Assembly: GCF_963921235.1 (NCBI RefSeq)
Contig: NC_086117.1
Location: 52,018,001-52,082,000, forward strand
Source of the DNA: Mobula hypostoma
Taxonomy: Eukaryota
DNA: 64,000 nt
Reading direction: 5' to 3'
A model generated the notes under the pieces. It was not told the DNA's origin and made no database searches. It saw only the letters and a program-made list of their open reading frames with translations. The first letter of the stretch is position 1. Each line of letters begins with the position of its first letter. A program made the position numbers and the translations under genes. Positions 13,801 through 24,700 of this stretch are shown here, piece by piece.

Positions 13801-13895
13801 ACACCCCGCCATCGTTCATTACCCTATTGTTCACCGATCTGGGTGTTCTCACACCTTCGGCTGTTAGTGATGAACTAATTAAACTGTATTTGTAA
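4866..13895 (+). CDS. EIF2B1: Translation initiation factor eIF2B subunit alpha, complete 9-exon gene, 909 nt / 302 aa: join(4866..4878,5778..5879,7385..7521,9555..9671,10547..10659,11657..11725,11854..11929,12500..12625,13740..13895)
   Basis: Spliced product [14 protein letters not shown]...[17 protein letters not shown]...[18 protein letters not shown]...[18 protein letters not shown]...[32 protein letters not shown]; all introns GT-AG, phases consistent. Confidence 0.97.
5310..5578 (+). mobile_element. CR1 LINE 3' fragment
   Basis: ccttatctaagaaaggatgtgct...tactcactggaattcagaagaat...cacagcctcagaatag, homologous to 810-1070. Confidence 0.8.
5778..5879 (+). CDS. EIF2B1: EIF2B1 exon 2
   Basis: ttttacag|...[33 protein letters not shown]|gtaaaa. 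Confidence 0.95.
6357..7090 (-). mobile_element. CR1 LINE 3' fragment (antisense)
   Basis: Reverse complement of the CR1 tail; minus ORF contains [12 protein letters not shown]. Confidence 0.85.
7120..7345 (+). mobile_element. CR1 LINE 3' tail fragment
   Basis: ccagagggtggtgaatctgtggaatt...gcagactcaatggcctaactctgctc. Confidence 0.7.
7385..7521 (+). CDS. EIF2B1: EIF2B1 exon 3
   Basis: ttag|[46 protein letters not shown]|gtacgt. Confidence 0.95.
7665..7830 (+). mobile_element. Penelope-like element terminal fragment
   Basis: cagtcctgaagaagggtc...gatgctgccggacctgctgagttcttccagcatt, shared with 30960-31520, 53400-54030 and 59070-59410. Confidence 0.65.
8417..9340. repeat. 62-bp CpG-rich minisatellite, ~15 copies, EIF2B1 intron 3
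   Basis: Unit gcaaagcacgatactgaccccctcccgtaacgtgagggttatccgtaccgtttcaccccaag; starts at 8417, 8479, ... Confidence 0.95.
9555..9671 (+). CDS. EIF2B1: EIF2B1 exon 4
   Basis: ctgtag|[39 protein letters not shown]|gtaagt. Confidence 0.95.
10547..10659 (+). CDS. EIF2B1: EIF2B1 exon 5
   Basis: tcctag|[38 protein letters not shown]|gtaagc. Confidence 0.95.
11143..11430 (+). mobile_element. CR1 LINE 3' tail fragment
   Basis: cagaatagaggg...tggcctaattctgctcctatgtcttatggtctt. Confidence 0.8.
11657..11725 (+). CDS. EIF2B1: EIF2B1 exon 6
   Basis: ttccag|[23 protein letters not shown]|gtacgt. Confidence 0.95.
11854..11929 (+). CDS. EIF2B1: EIF2B1 exon 7
   Basis: ttgcag|[25 protein letters not shown]|gtgacg. 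Confidence 0.95.
12390..12455. mobile_element. hAT (Buster-type) MITE, 66 bp, 8-bp TSD agctacat
   Basis: Degenerate TIRs cagaggttcctacc / ggttgggaacccccg; agctacat at 12382-12389 and 12456-12463. Confidence 0.8.
12500..12625 (+). CDS. EIF2B1: EIF2B1 exon 8
   Basis: ttgcag|[42 protein letters not shown]|gtgaga. Confidence 0.95.
12966..13415 (-). mobile_element. CR1 LINE 3' fragment (antisense), followed by MITE-like sequence to ~13650
   Basis: agaccatagacaaaggagcagg...ggcctttcaatattc; ggttcccaac/ggttgggaac ends at ~13416-13480 and ~13630-13648. Confidence 0.75.
13740..13895 (+). CDS. EIF2B1: EIF2B1 exon 9 (last coding)
   Basis: ttacag|[51 protein letters not shown]. Confidence 0.95.
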   Translation, partial: YTAEILKSAKNLAEEHPTVDYTPPSFITLLFTDLGVLTPSAVSDELIKLYL

Positions 13896-13970
13896 CAGTG
13901 TGTCTGCTTCTTTCTAAACCAGGCAGTGATACAATCATTCGGCAGCACAAAGTGGTTATTTCAATTAGCT

Positions 13971-14021
13971 CAGGTATTCCCAGCCTGGGGTCCACAGCAT
14001 AAAGAAGGCTGGGAACCCTTG
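13971..14021. mobile_element. hAT MITE, 51 bp, in EIF2B1 3' UTR, TSD aattagct
   Basis: caggtattcccagcc...ggctgggaacccttg flanked by aattagct at 13963-13970 and 14022-14029. Confidence 0.75.
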
Positions 14022-14046
14022 AATTAGCTGGAAAAATTGAACGTTT

Positions 14047-14052
14047 AATAAA
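14047..14052 (+). terminator. Probable EIF2B1 polyadenylation signal AATAAA
   Basis: First AATAAA, ~150 nt after the stop codon, just before LINE-derived sequence. Confidence 0.6.
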
Positions 14053-14264
14053 TGAAGGTGAGATCTCAGACAATTGGCTACAAAACTAGCATTTGGGTGC
14101 AAGTGAGTATTGTCTTTCAGACTGGAAACTTGTGGCCAGTGGTGTGCTCCACGGATCAGTGTTGGGTCCACTGTTCTGCAGATATGTTAACATTTTGGGT
14201 GAGAATACAGTTGGCATGGTTAGTAAGTTTGCGATGGTCCTTAATTAGTATACCGAAGTTCCAA

Positions 14265-15212
14265 TGAGAGAGCGTGCAATATTTGATCTGCTATTGGGGA
14301 ATGAGACAGGGCAGGTGACAGAAGTTTGTGTAGGGGACACTTTGCTTCTAGTGACCACAGTGCCATTAGTTTCAAAGCGAATATGGAAAAAGGTAGGTCT
14401 GGTCCGCAGGTTGAGATTCTAAATTGGAGGAAGGCCAATTATGATGGTATCAGTAAGGATCTGGCAAGTATGGATGGAGACAGGCTGCTTTCTGACAAAG
14501 GTGTGCTTGGTATTGAGGCCCTGGTTATGGGGGGAAAAAAAGGACTGCACAACAGGTATAAGTAGGTAGGAAGATGCGAGGTATTTATGGAGTTATAAGA
14601 AATGCAAGAGAACACTTAAGAAAAAAATTGGGAGGACTGAAAGAAGGTATGAGGTTCCCCTAGCAGACAAGGTGAAGGAGAATCCTAAGGGGTTCTACAG
14701 ATATGTTAAGAGCAAAAGGATTGCAAGAGACAAAATTAGTTCTCTGGAAGATCAGAATGGTAATCCATGTGTGGAGTCAAAAGAGAAGGGGGAGATTTTA
14801 AACAATTCTTTTTGCATCTGTATTTACTTAGGAGACAGACACAGAGTCTATAGAAGTGAGGCGAAGCAGCATTGACTTCATAGAGGTGTTTGCTGTCGTG
14901 TGGCAAATTAGGGTGGATAAACCCCAGGCCCTGACAAGATGTTCCCTCAGACCCTACAGGAGGCAAGTACAGAAATTACCAGGGCCCTAGCAGAGATATT
15001 TACATCATCCTTAGCGACAGGCGAGTTATTGGAGGATAGCTAATATTGTTCTGCTGGTTAAGAAAGGCTCTAAAATTAAGTCAGGAAATTACAGGCCAGT
15101 GAGCCTGACATCAATAGTGGGAAAGTTACTGGAAGTTGTTCAAAGGGACTGTATATGTGAGTATTTGAGTAGACATGGACTTATTAGGGAAAGGCAACAT
15201 GGTATCATGCAC
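14265..15212 (+). mobile_element. CR1-type LINE ORF2 internal fragment (end of endonuclease to start of RT) between EIF2B1 and DDX55
   Basis: SDHSAISF, KENPKGFYRYVKSKR and NYRPVSLTSIVGKLLE in broken frames. Confidence 0.85.
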
Positions 15213-15539
15213 GAAGGGAGTCCTTCCCTTCCCCAGAAATCGGCTCCTCTGGACTGCAGCTTCACACAGATCTGTGTTCTGTTGTTACCCCTTGCTGTGC
15301 AGGATGGTCTGGAGCTAGATGGTGACATCGGGCCCAAATGCTGGAAGAGGGATTAATATACAAGGTGTCGACTGGTCACTGTGAATATGGTCAGCCAAAT
15401 GGCCTGTTATGTTATCCATCTCAATGATTTTCCAGAATGGTTCTTTTGGAAATAGAAAATTCAAACTCATTTCAGTTCTGTCCACGACTCATCACTAGAA
15501 ATTATTCTGCAATTGCAGGGTGTTTATACCAAAGTGGAT

Positions 15540-15545
15540 TTTAAT
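15540..15545 (-). terminator. Candidate DDX55 polyadenylation signal ATTAAA
   Basis: tttaat on +, ~90 nt after the DDX55 stop; a TATAAA variant follows. Confidence 0.4.
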
Positions 15546-15635
15546 ATACTGTATCATGTTTTAAAGTAAAACAAACTGCTGAGGAATTATTCACAGAATA
15601 TTACAAGGCTGACTGCTTCCGACTCCAGGCACAGT

Positions 15636-15758
15636 TCACGTCGCAGTCAGCTGTTTCTCAAAGTCCTCCTCACTGATCTTGCCCTTTTTCAGCTTCTTCA
15701 GTAACCTGGTATCATTCAGTAGTTCATCAATATCTTCCTCATCATCCCTGTCCGAACC
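15636..15758 (-). CDS. DDX55: DDX55 exon 14 (last coding)
   Basis: tcctag|[40 protein letters not shown]. Confidence 0.93.
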   Translation of the reverse strand, partial: GSDRDDEEDIDELLNDTRLLKKLKKGKISEEDFEKQLTAT

Positions 15759-18700
15759 CTAGGAAAAACAGCAGAGGTAGTAGACAGGACTGGAAACAAC
15801 ATTGAGCAGAGTCAATAACCTGGTATCATTCAGAAGTTCAATATCCTCCTCATATAAAAGCCAGGGTGTAATGTTGAGGCTTTATAAAGCACTGGTGAGG
15901 CCTCACTTGGAGTGTTGTGGGCCCCTTATCTGAGAAAGGATGTGCTGACATTGGAGAGGATTGAAAGGAGGTTCACAAAATTAATTGACAGGCTTTTCAT
16001 ATGAAGAACATTTGATGTCTCTGGCCTCTACTCACTGGAATTGAGAAGAATGAAGAGTGACCACATTGAACCCTATTGAATGGTGAAAGGCCTCAGAAGA
16101 GCGGATCTGGAGAGAATGTTTCCTATGGTAAGGGAGTCAATGACCAGAGGGCATAACTTTAGAAGAGAAGGGCATCTTTTTAGAATGGAGCTGAGGATGA
16201 GTTTTTCTTTAGCCAGAGAGTGGTGAATCTGTGGAATTTGATGCCACGAGCAGCTGAGCAGGTCAAGTCATTGGTTACATTTAAGGCAGAGGTTGATAGA
16301 TTCTTGATTGGTCAGGGCATAAAGGGAAACGGGGAGAAAGCAGGAGATTGGGGCTGAGAGGGAGAATGGATCAGCCATGATGAAATGGTAGAGAAGGCTC
16401 GATGGGCCAAGTGGCTTAAACTTGCTCCTATATCTTATGGTCTTATCCCTGTCCGAACTCTGGGAAAAAGGGCAGAGGTAGCAAACAGGGCAAGAAACTA
16501 CACTGAGCAAACATACCAGGTTAGAGCCAAACAACCACTCCCCAAATAAACTTGTTTAATGACACCACGAATAGGTTCTTACACACACAGACGCGTGTTT
16601 ATTAGCAGCAACACACCGTGAGGATTATAAACCTGGGAAAGTCTCAACGAGGTCCATGATAGAAAGAAGTGATTTCTTTAATTGGAGGAAAGAGTCAGTA
16701 AAACACTGTAACAGCGCCAGCTAATACCAATCAATTCCTGCCGGTGTCTGAAAGGAGTTTGCACGTTCTCCCTATGATCACATGGGTTTTCTCCGGGTTC
16801 TCTGGTTCCCTCCCACATTCCAAAGACGTACGGGTCAGGGTTAGTGTGTTGCGGACATGCTATGTTCCAACACTTGTGGGCTGCTCCCAGAACACCCTCA
16901 GACTGTGTTGGTCATTGATGCAAATGACACATTTCACTGGATGTTTCGGTATACAGTGAGAAAAAAAGATATTCTTTTAATCCAGGGGTTCCCAACCTTT
17001 TTTTATGCCATGGACCAATACCAGTAAGAAAGAGGTCCGTGGACTCCATGTTGGGAATCCCTGTTTTAATCAGTGTCCACATGGGGGACTGGCAGTGAGA
17101 AGAGTGCAGGACACAGTTGCGGCCCAGATGATATACAGTCATAGAGTAGTACAGCACAGAATCAGGCTCTTCAGCCCATGTAGTCTGTGCCAAACCATTT
17201 AAACTGCCTACTCCCATCGACCTGCACTGGGATCATAGCCCTCCATATCCCTACCATCCATGCACCTATCCAAACTTCTCTTAGATGTTGAAATCAAGCT
17301 CGCACACACCACTTGTGCTGGCAGCTCGTTCCACAGTCTCACCACCCTCACGGGCTAAAGAAATTCTTCCCCATCTTCATTCTAAAAGGACGCCACTCTA
17401 CTCTAAGGCTGTCTTCTGGTCTTAGACCCCCCCCCCACCATAGGAAACACCCACTCTATCGAGGCCTTTCAACATTCGATAGGTTTCAATGAAATCCCCC
17501 TTCATTCTTCTGAATTCTAGTGAGTTCAAGCCCAGAGCCGTCAAACGCTCTTCATATGACAAGGCTTTAAATCTCAATCATTTTCATGAACCTCCTTTAA
17601 ACCCTCTCCAATGTCAGCACATCCTTTCTTAGATAAAGGGCCCAAAACTGCTCATCATACTTCAAGTGAGGCCTCACCAGTTCCTTTTAAAGCCTCATCC
17701 TTGCTTTTCTATTCTAATCCTCTCAAAATTCATGCTAACATTGCATTTGCCTTCCTCACCATCAACTCAACCTGCAAACTATACATTGCACACTGGTACA
17801 CTATTTTTGTCTATATTATTATTCTGTATTTGTTATTAATTAAGCACACTGCTAACTGTGTTTTTAAATCTTGCTGCTGTAACAAAAGGATTTCCCACTT
17901 GGGATCAATAAAGTATTATTATTATTATAAGTCTTTAGAGAATCCTGTATAAGGCCTCATAAGGTTAAACTCACCTTCCTTTTGACAGCCTGCTTTCTCT
18001 TCTTGTCCCTCTTGAGTTTTTGCTTCGACCAAGGTTTATTCTTCACAAATTTCCTTTTGGTTTCCATCTGCTCCTTCGCCTGCTCTGCTAGCAGCTTCTG
18101 CCTCTGCCTCTCTCGGTTTTTATCCTTGTATCGGATTGAATTGGTGTCAACATCCTCCGGAATAAATCCTGGCAAGCTTTTTCCTCTCAATTCCGGCATC
18201 TTGGGCAGTTTAAGGAGAGCAAAGCCCCTGGCAACGGCTGCAAAATCGAGGTCTGGAAGAGAAAGCGTTGCTGAATCAATACCCGAGTTCCCTGACAGTG
18301 AGACAGAGAACAAAGCTTTCATGAGGGCTTGATCAGTGAAAGGGCAGAGCTGCAGGATATGGAATTGAATGCAGAGACGCACAGCCTTAAACCACAGATC
18401 ACAAGGAAGGCACTGAGGGCAAGGCTGGGTGATATAGGATTGAATGTGGAGGCACATTGTGATTGTTGGTCATGAAGGAATTAAAATATGGAAGAAAATA
18501 TCAAACTCAAATGGGTCAAGACAGTAGAAGTAGACAAGCATAGAACATAGAATAGTACAGCACAGCACAGGCCCTTCGGCCCACAATGTTGTGCCGACCC
18601 TTAAACCCTACCTCCCATATAACCCCCCACCTTAAATTCCTCCATATACCTGCCTAGTAGTCTCTTAAATTTCTCCAGTGTATCTGCCTCCACCACTGAC

Positions 18701-21700
18701 TCAGGCAGTACATTCCACACACCAACCACTCTCTGATATCTTCCTCTAATATCCCCCTTGAGCTTCCCACCCCTTACCTTAAAGCCATGTCCTCTTGTAT
18801 TGAGCAGTGGTGCCCTGGGGAAGAGGCGCTGGCTGTCCGCTCTATCTATTCCTCTTAATATCTTGTATACCGCTATCATGTCTCTTCTCATCCTCCTCCT
18901 CTCCAGAGAGTAAAGCCCTAGCTCCCTTAATCTCTGATCATAATGCATACTCTCTAATTGTTCTTGCTATGTCCTTGAAGGAATGGAGGCAGTCATTTTG
19001 TGAAGCTGCTCTGTAACTTTGTGAACTGTTTGATGAACTGATTCTTGCTGTGGGGTAATTTAATCAGAGCAATTGAATGTGGACACAAGGATATAGACCT
19101 GCTAAACCTGAAATCATTCTCAGATAAGCTGTGTTTTGTGTACAATGGCAGGTTTGCAGAAGTAATCTTGGTCCAGTGTCTGAGTGACCTGGTTTGACTG
19201 TTTGAACCAGAGTCAAAGAGAATAAAAGAAGTCACCTAAGGCATGAAGCTGTGTAGCCCTTGGAGTACATCCAGTGAGAAGATTACACAAATTAGTCAGG
19301 TCACCTACAGCCAACAAGAAAGAAGCGCATCACTGAAATTGATAAGAAGCATTTAAAAGTTAGGAGCTTCAAATGCCAAAGGGCGAGAACTCTGGAGACA
19401 AACTATCAAAAGGAGGTTTGTCATGCCATGGGGTGCAAGAAGAAGGGATCTACCTTCCGGCCATCGGGAGATTCTATTTCGGTGTTATACATTGGGGGAA
19501 GTGGTCTGAGTGAGTATTGGTACACAGGGAACAATAGAATTTATGCATTATTTATTCTCCTGGAGTCAACATAGTTATGTTATTGTTGGTGCAGAGACAA
19601 TCAACATGATTGACTACAGATCATCAGGAAAACACTCAGGGCGTAGGCTGAGGGCAAGGCTGGGAGGAGGGGGACTTACTTTATTGAGTGGAACAGACCC
19701 TTCTGCCCCTTCAAGCTGTGCCACCCAGCAACCCACCGATTTAACCCAAGCCTGATCACAACCAGCAACCAGATCCAACGCAGCCTTTGACTACAGGTCA
19801 CAAAGCAGACGCAGAAGATTTTGTCAATGGAAGCACCTGTGAGGAGAGGGCAAGGCTGGGTGTTCAGAAACAATAAGCTGGGGAAGAGGTGCAAAGGGCA
19901 GATATAAACATCCCTGTAGGTTTACCTGATATCCCCCTGGAACATCAGAGATTCCGGAATAATCCAATCTGGGTGTGTACATGATTAAATATTCTTTGCA
20001 GCGTGCCTACTGAGTGCCATTCCCTCGGAAGCAGGAAGCCCAAAAGAGGAAAAGAGCTGAACACCGCAAACAGGAATGGAATCAGGAGGCACTGGGAAAT
20101 GTGTAACTGCACCATGCTCCTCACAGCCTCCCCCCGCCCCCCCACAAGATCTGCCAGAAACAGCTGGATGCTGCGCTCAGAATTCAGATCAATTGCTGTA
20201 ACTTTGGTGAACTGTCTCTCCTGTTTAATGCCAAACTTCTCTCTGGGCACATGGACTGACCAGCTCCGTGCTTGGCTCCACCTACCCTTCGACACCGTCC
20301 TGGGCCTTTCCACTTACCCTTCATCCGGAAAATCAAGCTGCACTCGTGTTTGGCGTAAGACTGAACGAACGACACAAAGGCCTTCATTCCTTTTTCAAAG
20401 AAAGCTCGGTCACTTAAAGCCAACTTCTTCAGATTTGGCAGCACGTCGACAGAATCCTTCATCAACTTCATCTCCTCCATTGGACACTAAGGAGAGAACA
20501 GACTCACTGAAACATAACGAGGCTGCAGCAGCCTGAGTGGACTTCCTCGACACCACCACACGGCCTTTCACTTAAACAGTGCACTCAACATCCTGCTTCG
20601 TACCAAACACACCACTGATTTTCAAAGATCAAAGGGCTTTTGAACTTCAGAACAATATTTCACACAGCAGTTAGACCTAACAACAGGCATGCATCCTTAT
20701 GTGGGTTAAGGGTGAAAGGTGAAAGGTTTAAGGGGAACATGAGGGGAAACTTCTCTCAGAGGGTGGTGAGAGTGTGGAACGAGCTGCCAGCACAAGAGGG
20801 GGATGCAGTTCAAATTCAACATTGAAGAGAAGTTTGGAAAGGTACATGGATGAGAGGGGCATGGTGGGCTATGGTCCCGGTGCAGGTGGATGGACCTTAA
20901 ATGATATTCTGGCATGGATCAGATGGGCTGAAGAGCCTGCTTCTGAGTTGGGTACTCTATGAATCTATATGAAGGTTTCCACTTCTGAATTTTATGATCT
21001 AATTCACTGACAGAGGCACATATTAACATCGCACGGTGTCACGGTGTAAATCTATTAATGATCCATTGGTGAGAAATCATCGCCGGCCAGTCTTTCAGTC
21101 CTTTATGCTATTCACATTACATCAGCCGGGAGGTCCAGACCGAAAACTTCAGTACACAGTTACACTTAGGAAAAAGTAAATGTTGACTTTGGGAAAATAT
21201 CAGGTTATAAAATAAATGTAAAGAAAACGCAGGTTATGTCCCTAAATTATACACCATCCAAAAAATTGCAGGATACATACGATCCTAAGTGGGAAGCTAA
21301 ATCATTAAAATATTTAGGAATAACCCTGCCGAAGGATCTTTCAACACTGTCACAGGTAAATTATGGGCCATTAATCTCAGAGATAAAAGCAGATATGCAT
21401 AGATGGAATCTTATCCCCTTTTTAAGTTTAAATTCAAGGATAAATACTATAAAAATGAATATTCTTCCTCGGTTATTATATCTTTTCCGTACTTTACCAG
21501 TGGAGGTGGATGATAATCAATTCAGGGAATGGGACAAATGGATTACCCGCTTCATTTGGCAAGGAAGGAAACCTAGAATTCGATATAACACCTTACAGTT
21601 AGGGAAGGAAGGAGGAGGTATGGTTCTTCCTTGCCTGAGAAATTATTTTTATGCCTCACAGATAACCCCTCTGTTATATTGGTGTAATAGGGAATATAAG

Positions 21701-24700
21701 GCTAGATGGAAGGAAATAGAATTTGGATTAGTTGACAGTTTTCCTCTTCAGGCCTCAATAGCTGACAAAGGATTGATGGCCCAGTTGGAAAAATTTAATA
21801 ATGCTTGGATAAATCTTACATTAAAAGTATGGCAGAAGGTGGTTAATTCATGTGGAATTAATAACATGTTAAAACTCTTTAGTTGGTGTGCATATGATAC
21901 CGAATTCCTTCCCAACAGAGGAGATAAAAGATTTGAGCTATGGATAAAGAAAGGTCTTACAACCTACCTCTCATTTATAGATAAAAGAGTATTACAAAGT
22001 TTCCAAATTCTGCAGGACAAACATAGCCTAGAACATAATGACTTTTTTAGGTACCTTCAAATACGAAACTATGTTAACCAGAGTTGTAGATATACAGACC
22101 TATCAACAGTAGAATTAGAATTTTTCAAGATTCTGAATTCGGCTTGCAGTTCAATACCTAGTAAATCAGTTTCTCGCCTATATAATGCACTCTCCCATGC
22201 TAAAAATGTAAATACACTGTATATTAAAGAGAAGTGGGAGAAAGAAGCGGGGTTGTACTTTCAGAGGAGGCTTGGGGGAAAATCTGCAGCTTTCAATGGT
22301 CCTCGACTAATTCTTTGACTTGGAGAGAACATTGTTGGAAAAACATTATAAGATACTTCAAGACCCCATATCAGGAAAAATATAAAGATACAAATGTGAT
22401 GTGTTGGAGAAGGTGCAGCTCCAAGGAGGCAAATCATTTTCATATTTTCTGGGATTGCCCTAAATTAAGTCTATTTTGGGAAGGTATTCATAGAACATTA
22501 GTTAAGGTACTTAGGTCCCAGATACCTCTGAACTTTGAGACGCTCTATTTGGGGCATGTATTGTTCCTTGAACAGAAGGAAGATATAAAGTTGCTGCAGG
22601 CCCTCTTAGCGGCAAGTAAGAAATCAATCACTAGAAAATGGCTAAATCCAATACCACCTACATTAGAAGATTGGTACGAAATTATCTTGGAAATATTTAA
22701 AATGGAAAAGTTGACTTACTCCCTGAGAACTCAAAAAGAAACATTTTATCAAATCTGGAATAAATGGATTGAATATATAACCCCAATGCGAGCAGACTTT
22801 AGATGACTCTCCTAATGATTTATATTGCTCTTCTCATCAACACAGTAATATTGCTAACGTAAGCACCCCTAGTCTAAATGTTTGTTGTTTTTTTGGAAAA
22901 TAGAGAATTAACACAAGTAAAGGGAAAGATTTGGGAAAGGGATAAAAAAAAATGAAAAAATTAAGTAAATAAGTACATAGGGATTGGATAATTATGTCTG
23001 CGGGAACAAATTGGGATATAAACACCTACAATGGGTGGTATATAGGCTTGTATGCAACATTTTTGACCAGTGGAAATAGTCCGGAAGGGTTGTATGGAAA
23101 CTATTATTACCATTTTTCTTAACAACTAATTTCATTACTTAGCCTAATGGGTTAGATTTACCAAAGTACATAATTATCTATTTAAATGTTTATTTTCCTT
23201 TTATATCATCTCAATGTGTACTTAAGAATGTATAAATAATTGTAGTTTTATACATATAAAAAAATGGAAAAGGAAAAAGTAAATGTACCTTCTGATTAAT
23301 GGAGAGGAAGTTGACGTAAGTCGTCTCCATGGGAAGCAGGAATACCAGGGCGTTACCGTGGTGACCGATGCGAGCTGTTCGGCCACAGCGATGGACAAAG
23401 GCACTACGGAACAAAACTTTGTCTTCAAACACCAAGAACCCAACTGGGGGCTGAAAACCACTGGTTTCCAACAACTAACTGCATGTCCCCCACCTTGGAG
23501 AAGCACAACACAACTAGAGATGTTCATAATCGCCTTGGCAAAGCCCACAGGTCACATTCCACCCACCAAATCTCACAGGTCACATTCCACCCACCAAATC
23601 TCACAGGACACATTCCACCCACCAAATCTCACAGGACACATTCCACCCACCAAATCTCACAGGTCACATTCCACCCACCAAATCTCACAGGACACATTCC
23701 ACCCACCAAAGCCCACAGGTCACATTCCACCCACCAAATCTCACAGGACATATTCCACCCACCAAATCTCACAGGACACATTCCACCCACCAAATCTCAC
23801 AGGACACATTCCACCCACCAAAGCCCACAGGACACATTCCACCCACCAAATCTCACAGGACACATTCCACCCACCAAATCTCACAGGTCACATTCCACCC
23901 ACCAAATCTCACAGGACACATTCCACCCACCAAATCTCACAGGTCACATTCCACCCACCAAATCTCACAGGACACATTCCACCCACCAAATCTCACAGGT
24001 CACATTCCACCCACCAAAGCCCACAGGACACATTCCACCCACCAAATCTCACAGGACACATCCCACCCACCAAAGCCCACAGGTCACATTCCACCCACCA
24101 AAGCCCACAGGACACATTCCACCCACCAAATCTCACAGGACACATTCCACCCACCAAAGCTCACAGGTCACATTCCACCCACCAAATCTCACAGGACACA
24201 TTCCACCCACCAAATCTCTCAGGACACATTCCACCCACCAAATCTCACAGGACACATTCCACCCACCAAAGCCCACAGGTCACATTCCACCCACCAAATC
24301 TCACAGGACACATTCCACTCACCAAAGCCCACAGGTCACATTCCACCCACCAAATCTCACAGGACACATTCCACCCACCAAAGCTCACAGGACACATTCC
24401 ACCCACCAAATCTCACAGGACACATTCCACCCACCAAAGCTCACAGGACACATTCCACCCACCAAATCTCACAGGACACATTCCACCCACCAAAGCCCCA
24501 AAGCTCACAGGACACATTCCACCCACCAAATCTCACAGGACACATTCCACCCACCAAAGCCCTCAGGTCACATTCCACCCACCAAATCTCACAGGACACA
24601 TTCCACCCACCAAATCTCACAGGACACATTCCACCCACCAAAGCCCTCAGGTCACATTCCACCCACCAAATCTCACAGGACACATTCCACCCACCAAATC

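Noticed and set aside
18960-19600. Unassigned sequence with short ORFs in DDX55 intron 12
   Set aside because: No recognisable motif or splice-consistent frame; probably an old TE fragment that cannot be classified by eye
21030-21130. Possible C/D snoRNA in DDX55 intron 11 (ccggc-TGATGT...CTGA...gccgg on the minus strand)
   Set aside because: C box imperfect, D box not adjacent to the terminal stem and no rRNA/snRNA guide complementarity recognisable by eye; needs an Rfam cmscan or snoscan hit
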